NCBI GenBank assembly: GCA_030324005.1
Contig: JARDVH010000084.1
Coordinates: forward strand, 91,356,867 to 91,420,866
Direction of reading: 5' to 3'
Origin: Negaprion brevirostris
Lineage: Eukaryota
DNA length: 64,000 bases
Shown: piece by piece, positions 37,291-49,715 of the stretch
How the letters are laid out: every line of letters begins with the position of its first letter
Position numbering within the stretch: position 1 is the first letter of the stretch
Made by a program: the position numbers and the translations under genes
The notes under the pieces: model-generated
What the model was told of the DNA's origin: nothing
Seen by the model: the letters and a program-made list of their open reading frames with translations, nothing else
Database searches by the model: none

Positions 37291-38459
37291 TATGCCCTCT
37301 TCGTAGTGGAAATTGCAAATGTAAATCCATGCTGTTGTTCAGCAGTGACAGGCAATTGTTTTCTTATTTTCACGCTCCACATCGTGAGACTGGCATGAAC
37401 TTGGATTAGTTTGCAATGCTGGAATTGTTGACCTACGTTTGTTCGTATTGGCCTCGCCACTTCACAGAGAACAACTGATGTAATTTGTACGCAAATAACT
37501 TTAATTCATGAATCAACGATGCCTGCCGCATTTGAATGGACGAACCATCACCCTCATTTGTTTTGGAACTCATTGAGGCTCTGGTTTTTGCCTAAACGAA
37601 CTCGCAAGAAGAATCCGTGCTGTTGCAGTCTTAATAATGGTGAACTCAACATTGTCCTCTATTGGGAAACAGAAATGGAGGCGATTCACTGGCAAAACGT
37701 GGCTGTATTGCAAATCGTTTCCCATCACAAGATGTAGTATTGCAACTCAAATGCTGACCAGCGGTATGTCTGAACGTTCACCTGCTGACAAGGTCAGCTG
37801 CTGCACAAAATCAGCAAGGAAACTACGTTAAGTGTAAGCACCAATCTAACCAACGCATCACCGAAATTTCGTTATTGTCACTCAGTACAAATCTTAGAAG
37901 CCTCCATGAAACAGCAACGTGGGTAGCTTCATCGCCATATGCAGCAGTTCACTGCAAAACCTCGCAAACCTTCACAAAATTGATTAGGAACCTCTGCCCA
38001 TACATATATATACATACATATACATTACCTATATATAATGTAAAAAAAAATCAATCATTCCTACTTGTACTTTCTGCGCCAGGATTTAGTTTTTTCCGTA
38101 AATCTGAAGACAAAGATATTTCAACAATTGAACAACATGAGGCAAATTGCGTCTGCTTATCTGTTTAGATCACGCTTTTACATTGATTATACTGAATTAA
38201 AGGGCACCTATCAGTTAAACATGTTCAATTGTGCGGAAAGTTGAACTAATTGGCGTTTCTTTCATTTGAGGAAGTGTGTTTCCAGAGAGAAGCTTCCATA
38301 TGGTCAATGTTTTTGAGCAATTGCCCAGGCCAGTGTCTGATTGTGGTCGTATAGAGTGCCTTTACCACCTTTGGTAATGAAATGGGATATCAGATAATAA
38401 TGTAACAAGTGTCATATTCTGCACCGCCGATTTTGCACCAGCACTAATGGCAAACATCG

Positions 38460-38539
38460 GTGACAATAATCAATGAAATCAAATCTGAATCACGGTGAGG
38501 AGATCGTGATTCAGATTTGATTTCATTGATTATAGTCAC
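38460..38539. repeat. Near-perfect inverted repeat (35-bp arms, one mismatch, 10-nt loop)
   Basis: ataatcaatgaaatcaaatctgaatcacg (38466-38494) is the exact reverse complement of 38505-38533; extended by gtgac/gtcac. Confidence 0.97.
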
Positions 38540-39060
38540 ATGTATTAGCATAGAGTGAAAAGTGGTTTTTGCTTACTATACAGAAAAAGCATACCGTTCA
38601 TAGAGAAGGAAAGGAGAGAGTGCAGAATGTAGCGTTACAGTCATAACTAGTGTTTAGAGAAAGATCAACTTAATGCGAGGTAGGTCCATTCAAAGCTTTG
38701 ATGGCAGCAGGTAAGAAGCTGTTCTCCAGTCGGCTTGTCCGTGACCTCAGACTTTTGTATCTTTCTCTCAACCAATGAAGGTGGAAGCGAGAATGTCCGG
38801 GGTGCGTGGTGTCCTTAATTATGCTGCTGCTTTTCCAAGGCAGCGTGAAGTATAGATGGAGTCGATGTGTGGGAGCTGGTTTGCTCGATAGACTGGGATA
38901 CATTCAAGACCCTTTGTAGTTTCTTGCGGTCTTGGGCAGAGCAGGTGCTTCACCAAGCTGTGATACAGCCATATAGAACGTTTTTTGTGGTGCATCTGTA
39001 GAAGTTAGTGAGAGTTGTAGCTGACACGCCAAATGTCCTTAGTGTTCTGTATTAAAACAG
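38505..39060 (-). mobile_element. Rex1/Babar-clade LINE 3' end
   Basis: SIIKDTTHPGHSRF..RYKSLRSRTSRLENSFLPAAIKALN. Confidence 0.85.
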
Positions 39061-39099
39061 AGACACTAGAAATTGGTAGGTAGTTGGTTGAAAGTAGAG

Positions 39100-41040
39100 A
39101 CCGAGGGTGGTTGTGGCACAGATTTCCAGCCCATCGAAATCTTGTCGTTTCTTGGCAGGTGGTCCAATCAGCACCATTTCTCCGCCCCAACCCTTGGGAA
39201 ATGCAAACGTATTTTCCTTTATTGGGCTCCAATTTCATTTTGAGCTCTTCTCCCTCGTAGGCAGCGACTTCCAGGTTGCATGGAAGATTTTCTGCGAGCA
39301 TTTTGCCCAGAACCACATCTTTCACCTCGCTCTTGTACAATCGGGTAAAGTAACTGTTTGATTTGTATGCCGTATTGAAACATGGCATAAAGTGTGCCCC
39401 CTCACGAACCGCTGCCTTCCCAATCTCATTTTATACTAATAGAATCGCACTAGCTTTTCCAATTGAAATCATGTACCAAAAATCGCGGATTCCAATTTTA
39501 TCTGCTTTGAATCTTCCCATCATTACCAAAATGTGGTGCCCAGAACTGCTCACGCTACATTAGTTGTGGTTTAACCAGAGCTTTATGCATAATCAGCATC
39601 ATTTTATAAAGTCAGAATCCTGTTTCATTTCCTAATTGCTCCATTAACATTTTCTGACAGGTTCAAAAATATGTACGCGCTATCCCTCACTTCTTCTTGA
39701 TAAATACCAGTGTCTGTCATTCTCCAGTCTGAAAAGATAGCCATATACTTTGACTCAATGTTTTCTCTCTTTAAGCCTTTGTTAAAATCGGATCTACATA
39801 TAGTTTCCTCTTCACAGGTTTCCTGTTTTCTGACAATAATTAGACGTGGACTTTAAATTAAAACAATTCACACAACATTCATGGCATTCACTTAATCCAC
39901 TGCCTCCATTATTTCGTTAAGATTACTCAATTATCTCCATTACGATCTGCCTTTACATATCAGCTATCTTTAGCTGAATACTCCCCGAGACTCTGCTAAA
40001 TCGTCCTGCGCTTATTGCTCATGAAGAATTACCCATCATAATGTTAAACTTACTGGTTTGACGCTACTAGGAAATTCCGACTACTCTTTCGAGATTATTC
40101 CTATCACATTTACCGTCCTTCTATTCTCTTGCAACCCACTTCCATCATGCGAGGAAACAATTCTGCCCTCCGCCACCGCACTCCCTCTACTACTGCAGCT
40201 CTCCCCCATTACCCCCCACATTCCATGGCACACAGATCTTCTGGAGCCATGTGCGTTCCAGTTCATCGGACCAGGTGACTTATCCACCCTCAGCATAGTC
40301 AGAATTTCTGGTAAAAACTGCATCACACCGTCCACTACCTCACCATTTTGTTACCCTTCCAACGCGCATTTCCACAGTTAACGCTCATACAAAGGCTTTA
40401 AATGTTCTAGTCCCGGCCTGCATCTCTGAACATTTAGCATAATGGTCCTAATTGATCCACTCCTCTCCTTCCGACCTGCTGAGATTAACATGCTTGTTTA
40501 AGAGCCTCGGATTGCTTTTATGCTGGATGTCTACCTGAATATGGCTGAACGAATCCACGTGACAGATTATCATGCGCCTCTTCCTCATTCATCAGTTTTT
40601 AAAATCTTCTCCGTAATCCAAAGACCATTGATACTGTTATCTATTGCCCTTGTCGTATTGTACATCGTCTGTTCATGAAACACATCTTACTCAAATGTCT
40701 CTCACTATTGCCATATCTGACAGTGTTCGATTCCATTTCATCCTGGCTGGATCCGCATTCACACCACCGAGGTTTCCCATCCTCCTGATCGAAATTTGAC
40801 TTCAGATTGTTATTTATTCTACTTCGATTTAAAAAATATTTTATGGAGCTATGATCAGACGTCCCCAAGTATTGTCCCGTGGCCATTTGATCCAATCGCC
40901 CACTAAATTCCATAGCATCAGATCCAGCAAAACATTCAACTAGTTTGACCGAGAGCATACTGGTAAAGAAAGTTCTCTAGAACACATTTCTGCAATACCC
41001 CCTTTCCTTATGCGCTCATCTAATACATTTTTCTCCTATA
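39100..41040 (-). mobile_element. Old, deleted CR1 LINE (APE, RT and 3' remnants)
   Basis: LGTSDHSSI (APE, ~40860), LRVDKSPGP (~40280), 3' UTR near 39100. Confidence 0.75.
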
Positions 41041-42189
41041 TTTGTGTGCCNNNAGAACTCACAGGATCAGCACTCTAGTTGCTCTTCAACAGCTCTCTGA
41101 TGCCCATGTGTGCCTGTCGGCAGGGCGAATGGACAAAAATTGCCATCTGTCAATTTATTGCCTTATTTGGCATGGTTTGGATCTTACAGGAGGCATAAAT
41201 CTTTCCAGCTCTCTCGCCACATGGTGAAACCATTCACATTTCTTTCAGCCGCTTGCCGGCTACTGCGATGTTAAAGTACTTATCTTTGCCACACCACTGG
41301 AGACACGGGTAGCAGCAGATCACAGCCATTGGCCTCCGGCCACCTCTTGGAGTGTTTTCCTTTTCTGCGAATGTGGCCTTACAGTTCCGGAGAGAGATTA
41401 TTTTCTGGATCCAGACGTGCTCCTTTTCAAAATGGAGACGAACGCGTATTGTCTCATCCAACAGCAGAAAACATCCAATTCTGCCGGTTGATTTGTCGGC
41501 CAGCAACATAAAGGAATATTCAAGAAATCCTAGAGAAAACACAGAAGAAATTCTTGAACCAAGTCATTAAAAGAATCTGGAAATTACTCGCACAGGGATG
41601 ATTCTTCCGGGCTCAGAATCATCATCAGACTAAAATGAATTTAAAAAAGTCAAGCTTTTTATGAACGCAGTTGGCGCTAATGATACGCTGCCCACCGCCT
41701 AACACATTTGGCGTGTTTTCTGCCCCTCTTGCTTCCAGCGCAGAAAGAAGTCCATATTATTTCGCCTCAGATGTCAGAAACCAACCTAACACAATTCAGG
41801 AAAAGACAAGTTTGCCTGCTCATGTGATTGTAGATTTGTGAATATTTTACCTGCCAGTTCCTTTATCCTTTGAACTGTTGATGCAAGAAAACATAGAAAT
41901 TGGAAAGCAGCAGATAATACCTTTGCCTCCATGAATTCGTTTTCCGTCCGGCATGTACGAGATTTCATCCAGTGTGGAATCGCATATGATTATTACCTCT
42001 TTAGCTGTGCCAAATGATGAGTTAAGCGATATACGTTTACTTGGGCGAACGAGAGAGTAAAGTCGTATCCAATTAGCCGTTGTGTTTTCAAGCAGGCTTC
42101 GATCGAATGTATACCTTTATTTGATTACCAATTCGGCTTTGAATAAGGACGGGAGAGATGCCTGCCACTCCTACCTGTTAAATTAAGAG

Positions 42190-42715
42190 TTACAGAGGTC
42201 ATAGAGTCATAGAGATTTACAGCATGGAAACAGGCCTTTCGGCACAACTTGTCCATGCCACCCTTTTTTATTTTAAATCCCTAAACTAATCCTAGTTACC
42301 TGCATTTGGCCCATATGCCTCTGTACCCATCTTACCCGTGCAACTATCTAAATGCATTTTAAAAGACAAAATTGTACCCGTCTCTACCAGTACTTATGGC
42401 AGCTTGTGCCAGACACCATCCTCTGTGAAAAAATTACACCTCTGGACACTTTTATATCTCTCTGCTGTCACCTTAAACCTATGCCCTCTAGTTTTAGACT
42501 CCCTTACATTTTGGAACAGATATTGACTATCAAGTTGATCTGTGCCCCTCATTATTTTATCGACCTCGAAAAGATCGCTCCTCAGTCTTCTATGCCCCAG
42601 AGAAAAAAGTCCCAGTCTACCCAGTCTCTTCTTAGAACTCAAACTATCAAGTCTGGGTAGCATTTGAGTAAATCTTTTCTGCACTCTTCCTAGTTTAATA
42701 ACATGCTTGCTATAA
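42190..42715 (-). mobile_element. CR1 3' fragment (younger)
   Basis: QKRFTQMLP..RLGRLGLFSL..RRLRSDL..TRGHRFKV. Confidence 0.95.
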
Positions 42716-43619
42716 TCGTTCTGAAATCTTAACTGACCATTTAATAAGATAAGCTGTCTGCTTATTACTTTTCACCTCTTGCTGGGCATATCAGAACATG
42801 CCAAATCACAAGGAAACAAAGGAATTTCACTACTTCCGCCGTCCGCTAGGCAACAGCTAAGCAGCCGGGGGAAACGCATCATTAAGACGAAAATTAAAAT
42901 GTCAAGAAAATGGATGTAGATGAAGCAGGAGAAGACACGGAGTTAAGGCCATGCCTTCGGACTGAACGCACGTGACATGACTCTGTCTCGGTGCGATTGC
43001 ATTCTTCTTCAAATGTGGTGACTACGTATTTTGGAGGAGTTAGTGCCGCTAGTATGCCAGGCTTTTGATGTGATTTGGTTCAATTCATTATTGTCACATA
43101 TATTGNNNNNNNNNNNNNNNNNNNNNNNNNNNNNGTATGAATGGCCCTTCGTGCAAAATAATTTCCAGGTCTCAGACAGGGGCCCACTGCTAAGTAACGA
43201 AGGACATGTGGATCGCCGGACAGTTGAGTGGAAGGGCTGGTGTTGGGCCGCAATCCTTGGGACTCTGGAGTCCCCGGCTAGGTTAACTCCACACCAATTG
43301 TTATTGCGGCATGTGCGACTTTAATCAAACTGGCATTTATGTTTCATTTCCCAGATTTGGGCTTCTGAAAACCCAGAACAAGACAGCATGAGATACATGG
43401 TGACAAATTGGTCAAATTGATCAGTTTTTTTTCTTTGTTAATTACATATTCAACCATGTTTCCGACGTTTACTTTGAAACATGAAAAATGTCCCCACGAA
43501 TTTCGCAGGAGAAACAGCATCTAAGCTGATTGATTGCACGTCTGACACTGCTAAATTGGGATGTGGTGCTGTAGTTGAATGAAATAAAATCTCATGTGAC
43601 ATGGCAATCTATACCTTGC

Positions 43620-44100
43620 TAATTGTTACAATGCAGGAGTATGTTCTTCAGCCCATTGGGTTTGCAATGTCTCTCTGAAAGAGCATCCCACCTAATTCCA
43701 CTCCCCTGCCTTGTACATTTTTTTTTGTTTTTAGATAGATTCCCTTTCTAATACCTTCATCGAACCTGTCATTGTATATTGTACACTCCAACCATTCACT
43801 GGGTGAAAACAAACATGCCCACGTCACTTCAGACCCCTTTCCCTAATATCTCGAATCTGTGCTGTTTAGGTCTTGATGCTCTCTCTGGAGGGAACAGTTA
43901 TTCACTACTTGCCCCGCCCGTTGCCTTTAGGACCCTGAATCCATCTATCAAATCTTCTGAGTCTTTATTTTCTGTAAGGAAAACACATGCAATATCTCTG
44001 AACTATCCTCATGGATGCAGCTTTTCCTCTTAGAATCACTAACGGGAATCTCTTCTGAGCTCTATCCAATGCTTGCATATCATTCCTTCATTGTGTATTC
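43620..44100 (-). mobile_element. Old CR1 3' fragment
   Basis: ttacaatgcaggagtatgttcttcagccca.. reverse CR1 3' UTR pattern. Confidence 0.65.
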
Positions 44101-45414
44101 TATCGATGATAAAGAGGTTAGAGAACGAGTACTGCTGCGAAGTTAGAACGTTTAANNNNNNNNNNNNNNNNNNNNNNNNNNNNNNNNNNNNNNNNNNNNN
44201 NNNNNNNNNNNNNNNNNNNNNNNNNNNNNNNNNNNNNNNNNNNNNNNNNNNNNNNNNNNNNNNNNNNNNNNNNNNNNNNNNNNNNNNNNNNNNNNNNNNN
44301 NNNNNNNNNNNNNNNNNNNNNNNNNNNNNNNNNNNNNAGTAATCTGTCTGGCTCACGTTTCCTTTGATGGAGGGGTGGCGCCGAGGGTTGGCGGGGGGAC
44401 GGGGAAGGGGGTCGACGAGGGTGGGGGATCGTGGGGTGGGGAGGAGGGGCGGTTATCAATACATATTAATCCAAGCCGCTAATAAACTTCATCAGAGTAA
44501 AAACAAGAAAATTACTATGGACGCTGTGATTTGAAAGAAAAAAGTAGAAACCAGGAGCATCTCAGCGGGTCTGACAGCATTTCTGGAAAGAGAATAGTGC
44601 TAACATTGGAGCTAACGTAGGAACTATGCTGATGAATGGAATTGTTCAGGTGTTCGTTGACGGTGTCGAGTGTTAGAGTGATCGTTGCAGATCCTTAATT
44701 AGCGGAAAGTTTCAAATATACACCAAGAATTTCGTTCACCACTCTCTGTAACTAAGGTTGCAGCCAGGGTCATGGATACTCTGTTAAGTCCCAGATGTAA
44801 TATTCATCAACGTAATTAGTTATAACCGTTTGAATATGATTTGATTCTATGACAATCAAAAAAATGAAACGAAATATGAATGATATTTTAAAGAATTGCC
44901 TTATACAATATAATACTTTACCAAGCTGTAGACGCAATCTCTCGTTCTCTGAAAAAGAAAGTTGAAAGAATAAGGAAAACTTCAACTTTATTCAGTTCAA
45001 ATAATTCCTTCGCACTTACCAAGGTTATATTTCCACGAGTAATAGAGGCTTACTAGTGTTTGGTGAAAATCTTTCGTGTTCACAGGGTCCTCTTTTAATC
45101 TAGGCCTCTGAAAGGAATGTATCAAGAAACAAATAAAACGGAGAGATGGAATTCCACCCTTAGTACCTATTCATCTTACCTTTTTTAAGTGCATCAGCTG
45201 TGAGAAGAAACAGAGATGTTATGTTATGACTGCAGATTGAAGTCATGGGGTGAAGATTGGTTTGGCATTCATTCAAGAAAAGTGCTTAATCTTGGCAACA
45301 TTATAGTTCTCAAACATGCTGGCGTTTGGCAGCCACATAAATCTCACCATATTCCTTTTCAAAGAGAGTTATTTTTGTTTACAAAATCTATAATATCATG
45401 ATGACACGCATTGA

Positions 45415-45905
45415 TAAGGAAGGTTTACCAGGCTGATTCCTGGGATGGCAGGTGTGTCAAATGAGGACAGACTAAGTTGACTAGCGTTATATTCACTGGA
45501 GTTTAGAAAAGTGGAAGGGATCTCATAGAAACTTATAAAATTCTAACGGGGTTAGACAAGGGAGATTCAGAAAGAATATTCAAAATGGTGGGGGAGTCCA
45601 GAACCAGGGGTCATAGTTTGAGGATAATGGGTCAATCTTTTAGAATTGAGGTGAGGAAAAATTTCTTCACCAGATAGTGTTGAATTCATAGAATTCACTA
45701 CCACAGAATGTAGTTGAGGCCAAAGCTTTGTCTAATTTCAAAAAGAAATTAGATATATCTCTAGGAGCTAAAAGGATCAAGAAATATGGGGGAAGGAAGG
45801 ATCAGGGCTTTGAAATAGATGATTAGCCATGATCAACATGAGTGGTGGAGCAGGCTTGAAGGACCTAATGGTCACCTCCTTTTTCTTGTTTCTGTTTTCC
45901 TGTTT
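45415..45905 (+). mobile_element. CR1 3' fragment
   Basis: RFTRLIPGMAG..LYSLEFR..DLIETYKIL..ESRTRGHSLRI. Confidence 0.95.
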
Positions 45906-46539
45906 TTTTTCTCTGAATATGGGGTAAAAATTACATGCGTGGACACCTGATGTTGCAATGGTTTGACTGATTAATGACCATGACAGTTTACAGTTTCACA
46001 TCATTACAATCGCAACATGTAGACCAATGGTGATGTAATGCAGGATTGAATTTGAGTGTCAGACTTGGAAAAGGCTAACTTGATTTTCTGCCCGATAGAA
46101 CACAATTCATAATTCTGAGGTGCGCCAGACCAGCTAGGAAAATTGGAAAGTGCAATCTCTGCAAGATCTGCCTGAAGCATCCAATCAGTCTGAAGTGGCT
46201 TCAGCAAATTATCATGGAGAAGGTTATTAATTTACCCAATAGTTCGTGCATAGATTTAATGCTGCAATCCCAAAGAACAAGGCAAGGCCGGACCTTCATG
46301 ACAATTCTCCATGATCAGGTGAATGATGCAAGTACATACAACGAAGAGTGGAATATTGGTTGGAATAATCTGCATCATTATGCTCATTGCTAGTAATTTC
46401 AAATTGTGTGATCCGTGGCAATGGGTGAGCCGCTTTGCTGAATATGTGTGCACAGATACTGTATAACTTAGTGTCGATGGTATCTGTATATATAGGCCTT
46501 ATAAGTTATTGGATCCTTGTAAGGATTGTTGTGCTTTAA

Positions 46540-46855
46540 ATTCAGTCATAGGTGTCGCTGGCTGGCCAACATTTATCGCCCATTCCTATGTGCCCTTGAG
46601 AAAGTGGTGGTGAGCTACCTTCTTGAAACGCTGCAGTCCACGTGCTGTGGGTTGCTCCAGAATGTCATTAGGGAGGGAGTTCAAGGGTTTTGGCCCAGCG
46701 ACTGNNNNNNNNNNAGCGACTGTAGATAGGGTGATTGGCTTGGAGGGAAATTTCCAGGTGGTGGTGTTCCCATGTATGTGCCTGCCCTCGTCTTTCAGGC
46801 TGGAATTTGTCATGGGGTTGGAAGGTACTGTTTAAGGAGCTTTGGTGAATTGTAG
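46540..46855 (-). mobile_element. LINE 3' end (12640 family) inserted between TM2 and TM3 of copy 5
   Basis: ggtgtcgctggctggccaacatttatcgcccattcct; minus GLQRFKKVAHHHFLKG. Confidence 0.85.
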
Positions 46856-47359
46856 ATTAGATTCAAATCGAAATTGTTAATATAATTTGATGCTCTAACA
46901 TCCGTGGGAATGATATCAATTCATTGGAAAATATAGAATGGAAGATGACTACTGCAAGGGATGAATTTGATTTGCTACCGATTTGGTTGAAACATAATCA
47001 ACTAGCATTATCTGCGGGATGAAAAATAGGCAGTATTTCCTTTGTGTCGAAGATGATATCACAAAGGTCATAGAATCAATTTTATTTTGAAATGTGAGGC
47101 CACACAATTCGCAAATTACATTTTTTTCCTTTTGGAAACAGAATTTGTCCCAGAGCGGTTTATCGAAGGAAAACTGATGCCAATCTCTTGAAATGGGGCT
47201 GCTATCTATTAGGAAACACAGAAAAATGAGCAAATGAACTGATGGATTGAGATTATTTAAAAATAGATCAGCTCTTAACAGGCGATGTACTCCTTGGCGG
47301 GCACTTTGCTGCAAACGTATTTATTGATCCTTTTCAACGTCTGCTCGAGATATTTTTAG

Positions 47360-47805
47360 CCTTGGCTTATTTGGTAGAACACGGGTAATTGATCCAGAAG
47401 TTAAGAGTAAAATTTCTACTCCCTTTGTTAGAAGCTACAATTTAGGCCAATGCATCACTGAGGGAATACTACACAGATGGTTGCGCCATATCTTGGATAC
47501 GTCGTTAAAATTAGTCCCCGTTTTTACTTTGCGGTGAATGAAAGCTCCAAAGTTACTCGTTAGACGAAGAGCTGCGGTATTCTTCTGGTGAGATCGACTT
47601 ACTATTTACCTCGGAACAAATCAGGCCAAAAATATTCACATATCCGTTGTATAATTCCTGTTTGTTGAAGGTTGATGTTCATGAAATGATTATTAGCCTT
47701 TCCACAGTAGCAAGTTTGATTTCGTTCCAAAGTTATTTTGTTATGCATATAACGCTCTCTGAAGTCGTGAGTTTGTGAAAACTGTTATACCAGCAGTAAA
47801 CTTCC
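47360..47805 (+). mobile_element. Highly diverged Deu-domain SINE (SacSINE1-like)
   Basis: tggcttatttggtag A box, cactgagggaatactac, cgttaaaa..ccccg, gaagagctgcgg, tatttacctc and an L2-like tail, colinear with the recalled Deu-SINE layout. Confidence 0.65.
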
Positions 47806-47828
47806 TATAATGCCATTCATTGCCATTG

Positions 47829-47990
47829 GGGCGGCACGGTGGCACAAATGGGTAACTGCTGACTCATAGCACTAGGTCACAGAGTTCGCTCCCACTCTGA
47901 CGTGCCCCTCTGCATGGAATTAGAATTGACGATGTTAAAGCTCTCCTTAGCTTCCAAAGATGTGTAGTTTAGGTGGATTAACCATTAACC
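47829..47990 (+). mobile_element. HE1-type SINE fragment
   Basis: gggcggcacggtggcacaa..ccaaagatgtgtagtttaggtggatt. Confidence 0.85.
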
Positions 47991-48527
47991 AGTCGCTTGC
48001 CACTGAAGGAGATAACAATTTCGACGATTATATCTGCTGGTTTTGACTTACTGATTGAGACAACTGCTGGAGTTGCTCCACATGGGAGGAATGTTGCCTT
48101 TCAGGAATACAATATTAAGCATATGTTCTGACCTCTGGTACAAATCAGCTGTGTTCCAAACTATTCCAAAATCAACACTTTGTTGGCTCAACTTCTTGGT
48201 TGTTCTGCCTTCTACTGAATCTAATGGTAATGGTTGACAATGTCAATATTGCAGATACATTATTCGGAATAAAAAAAAGAGGGGTTACAAATTACGGGAT
48301 GGCTTAATATAAAGAGGTAGATAGACCAATTGTTCTGTCCACTCACATTACAAATCGCACATAAACATGAATACCGAACATAAATTTTACGATTAGCGAA
48401 TGAGGGTCAATAAATTATTTATGCATTTCTGTAGAATTCCTAAAGTTAATGTGTGCTGTTCACATCATTCTAATCAATGGAGAACATTCCCCTTTCTCAG
48501 AATTGCAGTTATCCATGAAAGATCAGG

Positions 48528-48530
48528 TAG

Positions 48531-48561
<31 letters not shown>

Positions 48562-48585
48562 GATAGACAGATAGAGAGACAGACA
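48528..48585. repeat. (GATA)n microsatellite
   Basis: tagatagatagatagatagat.. Confidence 0.95.
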
Positions 48586-48594
48586 AATACAGAT

Positions 48595-49715
48595 GTTGTG
48601 AGCTTTGTGAAATCTTCTCTGTTCCTGTTCTATTCAGCCTTCTCCCACAGTGGTTTTTCCGTTGGGTGATGATTATTTCAGTACCCCATTTGTTCGCTTA
48701 CTTATAGCTAGAAAATACATCAAATTTGCTTCAATTTCTACTCTCCCTGTTGTCTCAACAGCACTAGGCGCATTTCCGAATCTTCCCCTTCCTTTGTCGA
48801 CTTCTCTGTCTCACCTCCGGGGATAGTTAGCCTAGCAATATTCCTTGTCCCTCAGTCCATCTACAGTCACTTCAAATACAATCTCCCGCATACCTTTGTT
48901 CTCTGAGCTCCAATCCAGTGTTCCAGTTTCATTGTCTCCATCGCAGCTGTTCTGGTTTTTACTGACTTCCACAGCGGCACTTCCGGCATATTTTCCTTTT
49001 CCATGAACCGAGTATCCGTTTACACAATATTTGACAGGCGGCAATTTGCCTGTGCTTCTCTAAGTTTAGTAATTTGTATTCATAGTTCACAATTCGGCCT
49101 TCTCTGTAGTGAGGAAATTAACGGCAAGTTGGCTGAAAGGTGTTGGACCAGCTTTGCTCAATGAGTAAGCATGCGATACTTCTCTTGTTGTCATGTTAAT
49201 CGAAACACCCCTTGCACTCACACTTGCGTTTCTCTCCAAGACCGGCTGTAGGGTTCCAGTGAGTCTCTAAGGAAGTTTAATTACACCATTCTCAAATTAC
49301 ACACTTCTGCTGTCTTGTGCAATTGTCAAAAGCTTCAGACTATGAAATATCGTGTTTTGTTTGTTTGCTCTCTGCCTTGAAGGGGGATCTTTTCTTCAGA
49401 CCGAAAATGTCTTTTGGCTAGCGTTATCAAGTATTCTGGGCAAGGGTTGTTTCCTTCCTATAATAGTACCACTCCTTCGCTTTTTGTTCCATGCGATTGN
49501 NNNNNNNNNNNNNNNNNNNNNNNNNNNNNNNNNNNNNNNNNNTCATTTCGTTCTACCTTCAGTTTCCCGTTTCAGCCTCATTAGCGCCAAGACATTTCCA
49601 CCTCTCTTCAATACTGAAGAAGACTCATTCGATTGGATAGATGACCTGTTTTCCCCCTCTCCACACATACAGCCGGATCTGCTGGAGGTTTCGCAATATT
49701 TTCTGCTTACACTCA
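48595..49715 (+). mobile_element. Old Penelope family B remnant
   Basis: Homologous to 1640-2660 (tttgcttcaatttc, cttcctttgtcgacttctctgtc, ggccttctctgtagtgaggaaa); tail ctctccacacatacagccggatctgctgg. Confidence 0.7.

Larger units (their letters stand above)
30150..38003 (+). pseudogene. ADGRA3-like: ADGRA2/3-like adhesion GPCR pseudogene, copy 4 (internal Stachel-TM3 duplication; tail probably resumes ~41050-41570)
   Basis: LHCETLGL (~30167, LRRNT), CLTNLIVL (30505; GLTNLVRL), QIFE..LKCLNVAS..LAWYK (ORF 31147, Ig), LLNNALLVTLP (~31645; VVNNKGDFRWP), FGVWS (~32891; GGFWA), NITQ*TCK (~34478; NITTIQC), VILMQI (~35373, Stachel), FHPPTLTC (~35606; FHIFLTC), YSTMLTIRL*LLATEFRTIY (36638; YSTLATVLWVGVTARNIY), KSMLLF (~37323; RPMLRF), AVLIMVN (~37625, TM5), VHC..LCP (~37947, TM7). 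Confidence 0.85.

Noticed and set aside
37519-37990. Initial reading as a class A GPR139-like receptor relic (also 3780-4100 plus strand)
   Set aside because: Frame comparison among paralogues and upstream LRR/Ig/HRM/GAIN motifs fit ADGRA far better; the 3.8-kb relic is on the minus strand.
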